Positions 35,164 through 44,703 of a stretch of DNA of 64,000 nucleotides are shown here, piece after piece. A program made the position numbers and the translations under genes. Under the pieces are notes generated by a model. It made no database searches. It saw nothing but the letters and a program-made list of their open reading frames with translations, and had not been told where the DNA came from. Source of the DNA: an uncultured Candidatus Saccharibacteria bacterium (GTDB taxonomy: Bacteria; Patescibacteriota; Minisyncoccia; UBA6257; 2-01-FULL-56-20); contig CAZHBZ010000003.1 of NCBI GenBank assembly GCA_964530925.1, positions 33 to 64,032 of the forward strand. The letters are read 5' to 3'. Each line of letters starts with the position of its first letter. Within the stretch, counting starts at the first letter, position 1.

Positions 35164-35889
35164 ATGAATACTAATTTTCCAAAATCCTTTGCCTGGATTT
35201 TAGGCCTGAGCATAATCATCGCTTTCGCCGTTTTTTCATACTCGTTCTATTCCGCGAGACAGCTGGATAATTCGCTTTCCGTCACCGGTTCGGCGAGGAA
35301 GCAGGTTGTTTCCGATTCCGTAAAATGGACTTCCGGATTCTCGAGAACCGTTCTGCAGCAGGATTTGAAATCCGGCTACGCGCAAATGGCCAAGGATCAA
35401 GCGTTGGTCGTAAAGTTCTTGAAGGAGAAAGGTATTGCCGATTCCGAAGTTAATATTTCCACGGTCTTTATGGGCCAGAATTATTACTACGACAAAGGCG
35501 CCAGCGCTCCTAAGGAATACAACTTAAACCAAAGCGTGGAGGTTAAATCTTCCGATGTCCAAAAGATCACCGATATCGCCAAAAATATTCAGGGGTTGAT
35601 CGATCAAGGCGTGATATTCTCTACCCAAAATCTTGAGTATTACTACTCCAAACTTTCCGAATTGCGCGTCTCCTTGCTTTCCGAAGCGATGAAAGATGCG
35701 GAAGCAAGAGCCAAGTCTATTGTGGAAAGCGGGGGAGCGAAGATAGGACCTTTAAAGTCCGCGAGCATGGGTCCGGTACAAGTCCTCTCCGTCGGTTCGC
35801 AAGACGTGATGGACTACGGAAGCTATGATACGAGCAAGATAGATAAAGACGTGATGGTGACTGTGCGAGCCGCTTATACGATTAAGTAA
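35164..35889 (+). CDS. SIMPL-domain protein (DUF541/BP26-like), N-terminally anchored
   Basis: length, TM anchor and C-terminal VTVRAAYTI signature typical of SIMPL. Confidence 0.65.
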   Translation: MNTNFPKSFAWILGLSIIIAFAVFSYSFYSARQLDNSLSVTGSARKQVVSDSVKWTSGFSRTVLQQDLKSGYAQMAKDQALVVKFLKEKGIADSEVNISTVFMGQNYYYDKGASAPKEYNLNQSVEVKSSDVQKITDIAKNIQGLIDQGVIFSTQNLEYYYSKLSELRVSLLSEAMKDAEARAKSIVESGGAKIGPLKSASMGPVQVLSVGSQDVMDYGSYDTSKIDKDVMVTVRAAYTIK

Positions 35890-35991
35890 ACGATAGCGAA
35901 AAAACACCCCGGCCTGGGGTGTTTTTGTTTTAACTCCTATTTGACATATCTAGTACGTTATGGTAGTATTTGCGGCAGTAGGAGGTAGCAC

Positions 35992-36201
35992 ATGCCCGGA
36001 CTCGAAGAGGAAGTGTTCTTCATTTCTGGCCACGAGTTCATCGGGGTGAACAAGGAAGGAAAGCACAGCCCGACGTGTAAGCTGTGCGCCGAGATCGAAA
36101 AGGTGGCGGCGAGCATCGTCCACGACCCCGCCACCTGCGACATCTGCCACGGGGAAATCCCGGGGCATAACCCCGAAACGTGTGATCTCTGCAGAAACTA
36201 G
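35992..36201 (+). CDS. small Cys-rich protein (three TCxxC motifs plus His residues)
   Basis: RBS GGAGGTAGCACATG; promoter TTGACA-17-TAGTAT at 35944-35972; 64% GC island. Confidence 0.5.
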   Translation: MPGLEEEVFFISGHEFIGVNKEGKHSPTCKLCAEIEKVAASIVHDPATCDICHGEIPGHNPETCDLCRN

Positions 36202-36252
36202 AGCTGACCCGCACAGGCGGTCCGACCAATGGTCTGACCGCTTTTCATTTAT

Positions 36253-37389
36253 TCAATCTTTAACGTTTGCGCCTATCGCTTCGCTTATATTTTTAAATCC
36301 GTCTTTTTTAAGTAGTCTTGGGAGTTCCAGATTTATCTCTGCGGCAAGCTGAGGGCCCATAAATATCAAGCCGGTTATGAGTTGCACAAGCGAAGCGCCA
36401 TTTTTAATTTTTGTATAGGCATCCTCGGCGGAAAAAACTCCTCCGCATCCGATGATGACTAGTTTTTTACCAAAAGTTTTATAAGCCAGCTTTATTAATT
36501 CGTTGGAGCGTTTTTCGGTCGGCTTTCCGCTGAAGTTTCCTTTACCATGGAGAGCAACCTCTTCCGGCAAGAGATCCGAATGGGAACGGTCTTTCTGGAG
36601 ATTACCGAATATCACTCCATCTATCCTGAAGGAGTGGATGACCTCGAACATTTTCATCACATCCTCGTCCGGTTCGGTGATCGGCATTTTTATGAACACC
36701 GGCTTTCTGAGATTCAGGGCCGTGATGGCTTCCAAAAGTTCACGCAATTTTTCCGGCGGATAAAAACTTACGTTCCCGAAAAGATTCGGACAGCTGATAT
36801 TGAGTTCGTAGTAAGCGAAAGGAAGGTCCGCGGCTTCCGCTTTTTTAAAAGCGGCGATAATGTCGGCGATGGCCGCTTCCTGAGTCGCGGTTTCTTTAGA
36901 ATTGGTTTTGCCGATGGAAAGGCCGACTGGATAAAAGGTCTTTGTGTTTTTGAATTTTTTGATTACCGCGTCAATGCCCTCATTTTTGAAACCCTTGTTG
37001 ACCAGGAGTGCGCGGGATTTAACCAAACGGCCGAGCATGGGGCGGGGATTGCCCTCGTAGGGGTGGTTGGTGATAGTTCCTACTGTTTCGAGTCCAAAGC
37101 CCATAAAGGGCAGAATTTTGGTTAATTTGGCTTTATAATCGAAGCCGGTGGCAAGCCCGATGGGGTTCTCAAACTCAATACCTAGAATATTTTGAGTAAG
37201 CATAGGGCTCTCTTTTACCCATAGAGAATAGAAGAGGCAGCGTGCCGGCGGAATGGCGCCCAAAATCCCGCCAAAATTCACCAAAAAGTCATGAATTGTT
37301 TCGGAATTTGTGAGAAAAAGAACGGGACGCAATGCCCGATAAATAGCGCCGCAAAGTTTTACAAATAGCCGTTTCATAGATACAAGCAT
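36253..37389 (-). CDS. pyrD: dihydroorotate dehydrogenase, class 2 (quinone-dependent) type
   Basis: NPIGLATGFDYK, GFGLETVGTIT...GNPRPMLGRL, catalytic Ser region NISCPN, FMN-binding GCGGV...GASLVQL; N-terminal membrane-association extension. Confidence 0.8.
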   Translation of the reverse strand: MLVSMKRLFVKLCGAIYRALRPVLFLTNSETIHDFLVNFGGILGAIPPARCLFYSLWVKESPMLTQNILGIEFENPIGLATGFDYKAKLTKILPFMGFGLETVGTITNHPYEGNPRPMLGRLVKSRALLVNKGFKNEGIDAVIKKFKNTKTFYPVGLSIGKTNSKETATQEAAIADIIAAFKKAEAADLPFAYYELNISCPNLFGNVSFYPPEKLRELLEAITALNLRKPVFIKMPITEPDEDVMKMFEVIHSFRIDGVIFGNLQKDRSHSDLLPEEVALHGKGNFSGKPTEKRSNELIKLAYKTFGKKLVIIGCGGVFSAEDAYTKIKNGASLVQLITGLIFMGPQLAAEINLELPRLLKKDGFKNISEAIGANVKD

Positions 37390-37469
37390 AAGAGTTTTTG
37401 AGCTAAATTAAAACCCCCGCCCAACGTCAATGCGTCTAGGGCGAGGGAAAAAGACAAAACTTTTATTGG

Positions 37470-38336
37470 TTATTGAACGGAGAACGGCAAGGCATTCGAA
37501 GTTCCTCCGTAAGCGCCCGGATTGAACACGGTCAGAAGCACGTTCGTGGTGGTCGCTACATTCGCGGCCGGAACCGCTACGTTCAACTGAGTGGCGGATA
37601 CAAACGTTGTTGTAAGCGCGGTGCCTGCCCATTTGGCGACGGAAGCGCTCGTGAAGTTCGTGCCAACGAGGGTTAGGGTAGTGCCCGCGTTGCCCGAGGT
37701 AGTAGACGCGGGAGAGACTGACGTCAAAGTCGGGATGACCATCACCGGAGTGGTGGTTGGGGTCGCGACCGGCGGCAGGCCGGCTTTACCGAGAAGGAGG
37801 TTAAGTCTTTCGATAAGCGCGTTTATCTGATTACGAAGCTGAATGTTTTCGCTCGAGGCGATCGAAAGGTTTTCTATTCGCGTTGCCAAGACGACTCCAT
37901 TAGTATCTATCTTGCCTTGGATGTTCACTGTATCGCCGACATGCAATTCGGTGATGAGCATAGCCCCGTTTTGCGTTCGAAGATTTGTGGCGGAGGAATA
38001 ATTTACGGTAAAGGTTATTCCCCAGGATTTTACGGTGAATGAAGAGTTGCCCGCAGTCGGAATAGTCGCAACGACGCCGCCATTGAGCTTGAATTCTCCG
38101 TTCGGGTTGATGGAGAGAGACGCGGGTTTGTTTTTCAGATCGTCGGAGATTTTGACATTCGAAAGCAGTTTGTTGATGTCCAGGGCCTGTATCTGCTTGG
38201 TTATGCCTGCCGGAAAATTGTTTTTCCCGTTATCGTTTTTTCCGCTATCATCGTTGTCTGCCTTAGCGCTCATCGCGCCGAGGGAGATGGTAAGAATCGC
38301 AAAGATTACGGATGCATACTTAAGTTTTTTTATCAT
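37470..38336 (-). CDS. secreted protein with C-terminal IPT/TIG domain
   Basis: signal peptide; PTLTSVSP...TLVGTNF...FSV IPT/TIG pattern. Confidence 0.5.
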   Translation of the reverse strand: MIKKLKYASVIFAILTISLGAMSAKADNDDSGKNDNGKNNFPAGITKQIQALDINKLLSNVKISDDLKNKPASLSINPNGEFKLNGGVVATIPTAGNSSFTVKSWGITFTVNYSSATNLRTQNGAMLITELHVGDTVNIQGKIDTNGVVLATRIENLSIASSENIQLRNQINALIERLNLLLGKAGLPPVATPTTTPVMVIPTLTSVSPASTTSGNAGTTLTLVGTNFTSASVAKWAGTALTTTFVSATQLNVAVPAANVATTTNVLLTVFNPGAYGGTSNALPFSVQ

Positions 38337-39265
38337 TGTTCTATTTTAATTCGAATCGAATTGGTTTCTCTTATTTGTCTTTCTGGCTCACTTCGGCTTT
38401 CCAAGTCCTCCTCTTCGTTTCCGGAAGTTTCGTTTTCCGAAGCCGAGTCGACCTTTTCTCGGGAGTCATTTTCCGGCGCGACCCATATGAACGGGTCCGG
38501 CGCTTTCTTTTCGTCCCTTATATTATAACTATTGGATATAGTGGCCTGACCCTGGATTTGAACGGAGGTCGAAGTGGCATTTTTTCTGTTTTTCCACAGA
38601 CGCTCCATGTGTTCCTTGGCGCTTTCGGCTGCCTTATCTGTTTCCCGGAAAGAATCCTCCAAACGATTTTTAATGGCTTCCGATAGATCTTCCCCATTCT
38701 TTTCAATTAGCTTTTTGTAGTTTCCGCCGAAAAGATAAATATCGGTATTTACTCGGAGAGCTTTTTCGAGTTTCCCGACACGCTCAAGTTCTTCGGCGTT
38801 TCGAGATATCTCTTTGAGTTGGGAATCAAAATCTTCCGCGGCTTTTCTTACGTTTTTTTCAAGTTCGAAAGAAGAGGAGGCGTTTTGCGCGCGTTTTTCG
38901 GCGAGCAGGGAATTGATTTCCATAAGTCTTTCTTCGGCGATGTCGAGGCGTACCTCGGCTTTCGTCTTTTGATCTACAGCGGCCGCGAGGCGCACGTTTT
39001 CCACAAGTCTCTTTATGGGATACAGAGTTTCGCCGGGAATGCTCGCCTGAGAGGCAAAGACCGTTCCGGTGCTACCTAGAAGCAAAGAGGCAAGGGCAGC
39101 GGTGGAGGCAATGCGTTTAAAACTAAAGCTCGGCACTTTGTCGGCCCCCCTGGCATCAAATGCGGTTTGAATTTCCAATTTTCCGCGAAGTCCGAGCAAA
39201 AATTCCTGATCCACAGGGATATTTTTGAATTCGGAGAATATCTTTTTGATATTTCTAGATTTCAT
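38333..39265 (-). CDS. putative anti-sigma factor (DUF5667-like) membrane protein
   Basis: overlaps the upstream ECF sigma gene stop; TM segment then long coiled-coil. Confidence 0.5.
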   Translation of the reverse strand: MKSRNIKKIFSEFKNIPVDQEFLLGLRGKLEIQTAFDARGADKVPSFSFKRIASTAALASLLLGSTGTVFASQASIPGETLYPIKRLVENVRLAAAVDQKTKAEVRLDIAEERLMEINSLLAEKRAQNASSSFELEKNVRKAAEDFDSQLKEISRNAEELERVGKLEKALRVNTDIYLFGGNYKKLIEKNGEDLSEAIKNRLEDSFRETDKAAESAKEHMERLWKNRKNATSTSVQIQGQATISNSYNIRDEKKAPDPFIWVAPENDSREKVDSASENETSGNEEEDLESRSEPERQIRETNSIRIKIEQ

Positions 39266-39767
39266 GGTGTTTGAGCTTTTCTCTGAGGAGCTTTGTCCCT
39301 CTATGTATGGAGACGTAAATGTTGGTCAAAGTCTTACCGGTCAATTCCTTTATCTCGCTTGTTGAGAGCCCGTCAATGAACTTATAGTTGAATATTTCCC
39401 GATAATCGGCCGGGAGAAGAGATAGATATTCTCGGGCCTTTTCCGCGGCAAGTTTTATCTCGAGTCCGGCTTGGAGATCTGTTTTGTCTGCCGGCTCTTC
39501 TGACTCCAGCATTTCTTCGAGCGGCACGAATTGTTTTTTTGAGCGGTAGTGATCGATGATGAGGTTGTTTAATACCTTATAAAGAAGAGCCCTCATATTT
39601 TTAACCTTTTCTTTTTTCGCGAATTCCCAGGTTTTAAGGAACGTTTCCGAAACCAAGTCTTTCGCCAAATCTTCATCGCTGGTCTTGATGATGGCGTGGC
39701 GCAAAAGATCCGCCGAGAAGTCGTCGTAGCCTTTCAAAAAGCTTTTTTGGGCGTTATTCGCGTCCAT
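39255..39767 (-). CDS. ECF-type RNA polymerase sigma factor (sigma-70 regions 2 and 4)
   Basis: region 2 (ETFLKTWEF) and region 4 HTH (GLSTSEIKELTGKTLTNIYVSIHRGTKLLR). Confidence 0.8.
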   Translation of the reverse strand: MDANNAQKSFLKGYDDFSADLLRHAIIKTSDEDLAKDLVSETFLKTWEFAKKEKVKNMRALLYKVLNNLIIDHYRSKKQFVPLEEMLESEEPADKTDLQAGLEIKLAAEKAREYLSLLPADYREIFNYKFIDGLSTSEIKELTGKTLTNIYVSIHRGTKLLREKLKHHEI

Positions 39768-39879
39768 TTAAGTATCTTTCATATATGTTGACGGGCGAAT
39801 TATAAGAATATTACAGAATAGGGCCCATATTCCATATGGTATATTCTCAAATCAGGTTTATGCTGTTATTATATCTTCT

Positions 39880-40500
39880 ATGAAAACAAAGCATATCGGG
39901 ACAGCGATAGTCGTTCTCGTCTTTATTTCCATGGTCGTGAGCTCCATCTTTGTCGGAGGATGGAATCCTCCTCAAGCCGGGAATACGGAAGAAGTTCAAA
40001 ATAAAACCAATAATCAACCAATAATGAAGCATCTGGTAACCATAAAGACTAATATCGGCGATATTCAAATCGCCACTTACGATGAAGACGCGCCGAAAGC
40101 GGTCGAGAATTTTATCACTCTCGCCAATAAAGGATTTTATAATGGTGTTATTTTCCACCGCGTCATCGAGGGTTTCATGATCCAAGGAGGGGACCCGACC
40201 GGCACCGGCACGGGCGGACCCGGCTACAAATTTGAGGATGAATTGAATCCGGCCACTTTGTCCTACCAGGAAGGTTATAAGAAGGGCGTGGTCGCGATGG
40301 CTAATTCCGGCCCAAACACCAACGGCAGTCAATTTTTCATCATGCTGGCCGACAATCCGCTCCAGCACGATTACACTATTTTCGGCAAAGTCGTTAAGGG
40401 ACAAGAAGTTGTGGACGCGATAGGTTCCGCCACGACCGACACAAACGACAGGCCGCTAAGTCCGGTCAAGATGGAGAATGTGAGTGTGAGCGCCATATAG
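39880..40500 (+). CDS. ppiB: peptidyl-prolyl cis-trans isomerase, cyclophilin type (N-terminally anchored)
   Basis: FHRVIEGFMIQGGDPTGTGTGGPGYKFEDE cyclophilin core. Confidence 0.85.
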   Translation: MKTKHIGTAIVVLVFISMVVSSIFVGGWNPPQAGNTEEVQNKTNNQPIMKHLVTIKTNIGDIQIATYDEDAPKAVENFITLANKGFYNGVIFHRVIEGFMIQGGDPTGTGTGGPGYKFEDELNPATLSYQEGYKKGVVAMANSGPNTNGSQFFIMLADNPLQHDYTIFGKVVKGQEVVDAIGSATTDTNDRPLSPVKMENVSVSAI

Positions 40501-40590
40501 CCGCCTCTACGGATTACGAATAGGTATTGATATACGAATCAGACTTATCCGTATATTCGTATAGATTAGTAGTCCGTAGAGCATTTACTT

Positions 40591-41307
40591 ATGAACGAAA
40601 ACATTGACTACCCAATTCGCATCAATCGCTACCTCGCGCTTAAAGGCATTGCCGCACGCCGTGAGGCCGACGAACTTATTAAAGCCGGCAAGGTAAAAAT
40701 AAATGGGAAACGCGCCCGTCTTGGCGACCAGGTTCACGCGGGAGACGACGTAACTGCCGTGGCAAGACCGGCCAAGGATCTCATCTATATCGCTTACAAT
40801 AAGCCGAAGGAAATTGTGACCCATACTCCGCAGAGGGGGGAGCGTTCTATTGCCGACGAGCTTCAATCGAAGTTTAAGGAAAAATTATTCCCGCTCGGGC
40901 GCTTGGACAAGAATTCTGAGGGGCTGATAATTTTGACCAACGACGGCCGAATAACCGACCGGCTTTTGAATCCCGAGTATGGCCACGAGAAAGAATATCT
41001 GGTGAAGGTTAATAAACCGATGAACGGAGATTTTTCACGGCGTATTCAAAAAGGAGTTTTTATCGAAGGATATCGCACAAAAGAGGCTATTTTTGAGCCG
41101 ACCGGTGAAAAGTCTTTCCGGCTTATAATCACGGAGGGCAAGAAACATCAGATAAGGAGAATGTGCACAGCCCTAGGCTACGAAGTGGTCGCCTTAAGGC
41201 GAGTGAGAATAATGAATATTAAACTGGGGTATCTACCCGCAGGGAAATTCAGAAAATTGGAGGGCAAAGAGCTCGATACGTTTTTAAAAAACCTAGGTAT
41301 TGATTAG
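40591..41307 (+). CDS. pseudouridine synthase, RsuA/RluB family
   Basis: S4 domain N-terminus; catalytic GRLDKNSEGLIILTNDG motif. Confidence 0.8.
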   Translation: MNENIDYPIRINRYLALKGIAARREADELIKAGKVKINGKRARLGDQVHAGDDVTAVARPAKDLIYIAYNKPKEIVTHTPQRGERSIADELQSKFKEKLFPLGRLDKNSEGLIILTNDGRITDRLLNPEYGHEKEYLVKVNKPMNGDFSRRIQKGVFIEGYRTKEAIFEPTGEKSFRLIITEGKKHQIRRMCTALGYEVVALRRVRIMNIKLGYLPAGKFRKLEGKELDTFLKNLGID

Positions 41308-41326
41308 GTTTTGTAATAATGAAAAA

Positions 41327-41346
41327 GCCCCGACCTTAGTCGGGGC
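41327..41346. terminator. GC hairpin GCCCCGAC-CTTA-GTCGGGGC (recurs at 22032..22052 with loop CTAA)
   Basis: 8 bp stem identical in both copies. Confidence 0.5.
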
Positions 41347-41353
41347 ATTGAGT

Positions 41354-41692
41354 CTAGAAATGAGCTGGAAGGGTATCGTCGCGTGTCATGCCGCAGTCAT
41401 TGCAATGGGCGTAGAGGCCTCCATGGCATGTGACGACATCCTTGTGCGGACAAATTCTTTGGAGTGCGTCTAGCTGAAGGGAGAGTTTCTCTGTGGCCTT
41501 TTCAATCGGGTCTAATTGAGGTTTGTATTGCTTCCGAATCCTTTCAGCGACCTTTGCGGTTTCTGCCTTGATCTTGGTATCCATTTCTGCGTGGATACGA
41601 TGATCCTTCTCGCTTAGGGATTTCATTTCGTCGATGAGCTTTTCCCTCTTAGTTTTTATTCCTTCCGTGGTGGTCGGTAAAGTTATTTTCAT
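41354..41692 (-). CDS. hypothetical coiled-coil protein with C-terminal Cys/His cluster
   Basis: C-terminal CPHKDVVTCHGGLYAHCNDCG. Confidence 0.4.
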   Translation of the reverse strand: MKITLPTTTEGIKTKREKLIDEMKSLSEKDHRIHAEMDTKIKAETAKVAERIRKQYKPQLDPIEKATEKLSLQLDALQRICPHKDVVTCHGGLYAHCNDCGMTRDDTLPAHF

Positions 41693-41804
41693 CCCACGCT
41701 CCTTTCAGCGAACTGCCTACATGATAGTTTGTGCTTTCCAAGAAATCAAATAATAAAAAAGCCCCGTCCCCACGCAAATGCGTGATTGACGGGGCGAGGC
41801 GTGA

Positions 41805-42587
41805 CTACTTCGGCTTCGACGGAGTGTCGAGCGCCTGGGTCATGCTGAAGGTGTCGGCGAGTTCCGCATCAAAGAAGTATTCGTCCCTGGTTTCCTTGCC
41901 GTCGGAAGAAGTGCCGAGGCACTTCTTATAGACGATGGGGTTGAAACTGTCCGGCCGCTTGAAGAACTGCCGCTCGTAAACCTTTTCGGGAGACATCAGG
42001 AAGACGGCAACCTGGCTCTCTTTCCAGTTGATCTCGAATCCTAGGCTTTCGGCGCTTCTCGCGATATTGACCGCCTTCACCCCATCGTAGGTCGTGAGGA
42101 TGGGCGCCGACCATGGGCCGTGTCCGCCATTGCTCGGTTCCACGACAACCACGAAGACGCCTCGGCTGATTGAATCCGTTTTATCATCCGGGAACCAGAC
42201 CACCCCTCTTCGAGTGTTTGAATCGTACTTCATCTTGAAGTAGTAGCGGTCGTAGCCGTTTGAAGTGTAGCCCGTCAGAGTTTCCTCCGTGTTGAACATA
42301 TCCGCCGGGTGCTCGATGCTCATAATCTTTACGGGCATGAACGTGCGCCGATTGTTCTTGTGGAACCGGGGGAAGGTTGTCTCGCGATTCAGGTAGAAAG
42401 TAACTTCCTGAATCGTTCCTCGATAGCAGAGCCAAATGTCCAGGCCGTTCGGTCCGTTGGTGATTCCGATTGTCTCGAGATCATTCTTTTCGCCGAACAC
42501 GAAAACCGGAAGGGGCTTCCTGTCTGATGCCATACGGCACCTCCTTGCGTTACGCTCCTCCTCATCCGAAGAGGGCGGGGGAATCAA
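41805..42587 (-). CDS. hypothetical protein
   Basis: ORF in a GC-rich patch; no motif recognised. Confidence 0.4.
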   Translation of the reverse strand: MIPPPSSDEEERNARRCRMASDRKPLPVFVFGEKNDLETIGITNGPNGLDIWLCYRGTIQEVTFYLNRETTFPRFHKNNRRTFMPVKIMSIEHPADMFNTEETLTGYTSNGYDRYYFKMKYDSNTRRGVVWFPDDKTDSISRGVFVVVVEPSNGGHGPWSAPILTTYDGVKAVNIARSAESLGFEINWKESQVAVFLMSPEKVYERQFFKRPDSFNPIVYKKCLGTSSDGKETRDEYFFDAELADTFSMTQALDTPSKPK

Positions 42588-42643
42588 TTTTCAAACCTTA
42601 AACTCTGCTGGGATTGTGCCAAAAATATGCCTTTGCGTCAAAC

Positions 42644-43627
42644 TTAGGCGCTGACTTTTCTCGTTCCTTTCTTGTCGGCTATTTCGTTTAAAATTGTTTT
42701 AACTTTTTTAAGGCTTTCGTCATCGGCGATAGAAATGGGAATTATTTCGCGCTTTGTTTTTTTAAGTTCCTTTAATTTCTCCTTTAATTCTTTTTCACTC
42801 AAGAGATCGCTTTTGCTCAAAAATATATATTCGGTTTTTCCCAAAAGTTCTTTATTGTAAGATCCCAATTCCTCGCGGATAGTTTTGTAATCCTCATAGG
42901 GGGCGGGGGATTCGGCGGAGACAAGATGAAAAAGGGCGCCCGTTCGTTCCGCGTGGCGCAAAAATTTTATACCCAAGCCTTTGCCGGAAGAAGCGCCTTC
43001 GATAAGCCCCGGGATGTCGGCGAGAATAAGATCATAATAAGCGCCGAGGTTCGGTTCGAGGGTGGTAAAAGGGTAATTGGCCACTTTGGCGTTGGCGCGG
43101 GTCAGCTCGTTTAAAAGACTGGACTTGCCGGCGTTCGGTAACCCGATAAAACCTACATCAGCAATCAATTTTAATTCCAAGCGAATATTGAATTTCTCGC
43201 CGGGTTTGCCCTTTTCAAACTCTTTGGGCGAAGTATTTTTCGGCCCGCGAAAATGAAAATTTCCTCTGCCGCCCCGTCCGCCTTTCGCAATCAAAACGCG
43301 TTCTCCGATTTTTACTATTTCCACATCCGACTTTAGATCCAAATTGTGGACAACGGTACCCACGGGGACTTTTAAAACGATATCGTCCGGGGTCTTTCCA
43401 TCCACGAACTGCGGCCGGCCGAGAGCGCCGTTTTCCGCGCGTACATCTTTTTTAAAACGGAATTGTCGCAAAGCCGAAAGGTCGGAGACCCCTTCAAAAT
43501 AAATACTGCCTCCGGCGCCCCCCGTGCCTCCGGTGGGTCCCAGACTCATTTTAATCCGCTGGAAAGCGACTTTACCGTCGCCGCCGTTTCCGGCCTGAAC
43601 TTTTATTGTGACGTCATCTATTAACAC
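42644..43627 (-). CDS. obg: GTPase Obg/CgtA
   Basis: Gly-rich Obg fold N-terminus (GGDGKVAF...GGRGGRGN) and G domain (GLPNAGKSS, DIPGLIEGA, SKSD). Confidence 0.9.
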   Translation of the reverse strand: MLIDDVTIKVQAGNGGDGKVAFQRIKMSLGPTGGTGGAGGSIYFEGVSDLSALRQFRFKKDVRAENGALGRPQFVDGKTPDDIVLKVPVGTVVHNLDLKSDVEIVKIGERVLIAKGGRGGRGNFHFRGPKNTSPKEFEKGKPGEKFNIRLELKLIADVGFIGLPNAGKSSLLNELTRANAKVANYPFTTLEPNLGAYYDLILADIPGLIEGASSGKGLGIKFLRHAERTGALFHLVSAESPAPYEDYKTIREELGSYNKELLGKTEYIFLSKSDLLSEKELKEKLKELKKTKREIIPISIADDESLKKVKTILNEIADKKGTRKVSA

Positions 43628-43727
43628 GCGGGTATTCTAGCAGATAATCTTTCCGGAAGCGAACTCTCGGGGCGCAATCAACTGCCAACAAAAAACACCC
43701 GTTTCCGGGCGCTTTTTGTTTGTGGGT

Positions 43728-43919
43728 TTACTGAGCCATCATTGGCGCGCCGCTCTTCTTTGGAACGAAAAGCTGATATAGAGCGGAAAGCGCTACCAGC
43801 GCATAGACAATGTTGGCCAAGGTCATGCCGAGGAATTGACCTACTCCCCAGCCGAAGATCTCAAGTCCCCAGTTCAGGCCGCCGATAATGAGTAAAATCC
43901 AGGTGATTTTATGAAGCAT
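43728..43919 (-). CDS. DUF378-family small membrane protein
   Basis: two TM helices with GGLNWGL motif. Confidence 0.6.
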   Translation of the reverse strand: MLHKITWILLIIGGLNWGLEIFGWGVGQFLGMTLANIVYALVALSALYQLFVPKKSGAPMMAQ

Positions 43920-44114
43920 TTGTATAAGTAATCTCGATGTGTATGCCTCGACCTTTTTTTAAATTATATCAAATCTGGTATGTGTCAGGCTGTTTTTAGG
44001 GTAAGTTCGATATGTGGAAAAACCAGTTTTTTTAGAGCTAAACATGTCTTATGATTAGGGCAGGATGCTTTTGGGGGTATCGGAAAACAAAGGCCGGTCC
44101 ATTTATAAATAAAT

Positions 44115-44438
44115 ATGGAAATAAATAAAATAAACGAAGAGGCGCTCAAGTGTTTTATGGAAGATATGGGAAAGGGGAATGGATTTCTTTTGGATGTTCG
44201 CGCGGACGATGAATGGGAATCCGGACATGCTGAAGGCGCTATTCATTTTGAGCTCGCGAGATTGGAAGCAGGAGAGCTACCAGAGATACCAAAAGATAAA
44301 CCGGTTTGCGTTTATTGCGCCGCTGGCGGAAGAGCGGAAGTGGCCAAGAAAATTTTGATTTCAAAAGGATTCACGACCGTCAAAAATATAGGCGGGTTAA
44401 GAGATTGGAAGTTGGCCGGAGGCAATGTCGTAAAGTAA
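44115..44438 (+). CDS. rhodanese-like sulfurtransferase domain protein
   Basis: LDVRADDEWESGH...CVYCAAGGRA active-site Cys loop. Confidence 0.8.
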   Translation: MEINKINEEALKCFMEDMGKGNGFLLDVRADDEWESGHAEGAIHFELARLEAGELPEIPKDKPVCVYCAAGGRAEVAKKILISKGFTTVKNIGGLRDWKLAGGNVVK

Positions 44439-44442
44439 ACAT

Positions 44443-44703
44443 ATGTTGATAGAATTTTACGGAAAAGAATGTTTGCATTGTATGCGAATGGTTTCTCGAG
44501 TCGAAAGATTGGAGAAGGAGACTGGTTTAAAGGTGGAGCGATACGAGACGTGGCATGATGAGGCGAATGCCAAGAAATTAGAAGAATACGATAAAAACGG
44601 GTGCGGCGGCGTGCCGTTTTTTATAAATATGGAAACCGGAAAAACAATTTGCGGAGAAACCGCTTACGAGGAGTTGAAAAAATGGGCAGGGGTGGAGAAG
44701 TGA
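44443..44703 (+). CDS. thioredoxin-fold protein (CxxC: CLHC)
   Basis: FYGKECLHCMRM redox motif, size 86 aa. Confidence 0.6.
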   Translation: MLIEFYGKECLHCMRMVSRVERLEKETGLKVERYETWHDEANAKKLEEYDKNGCGGVPFFINMETGKTICGETAYEELKKWAGVEK

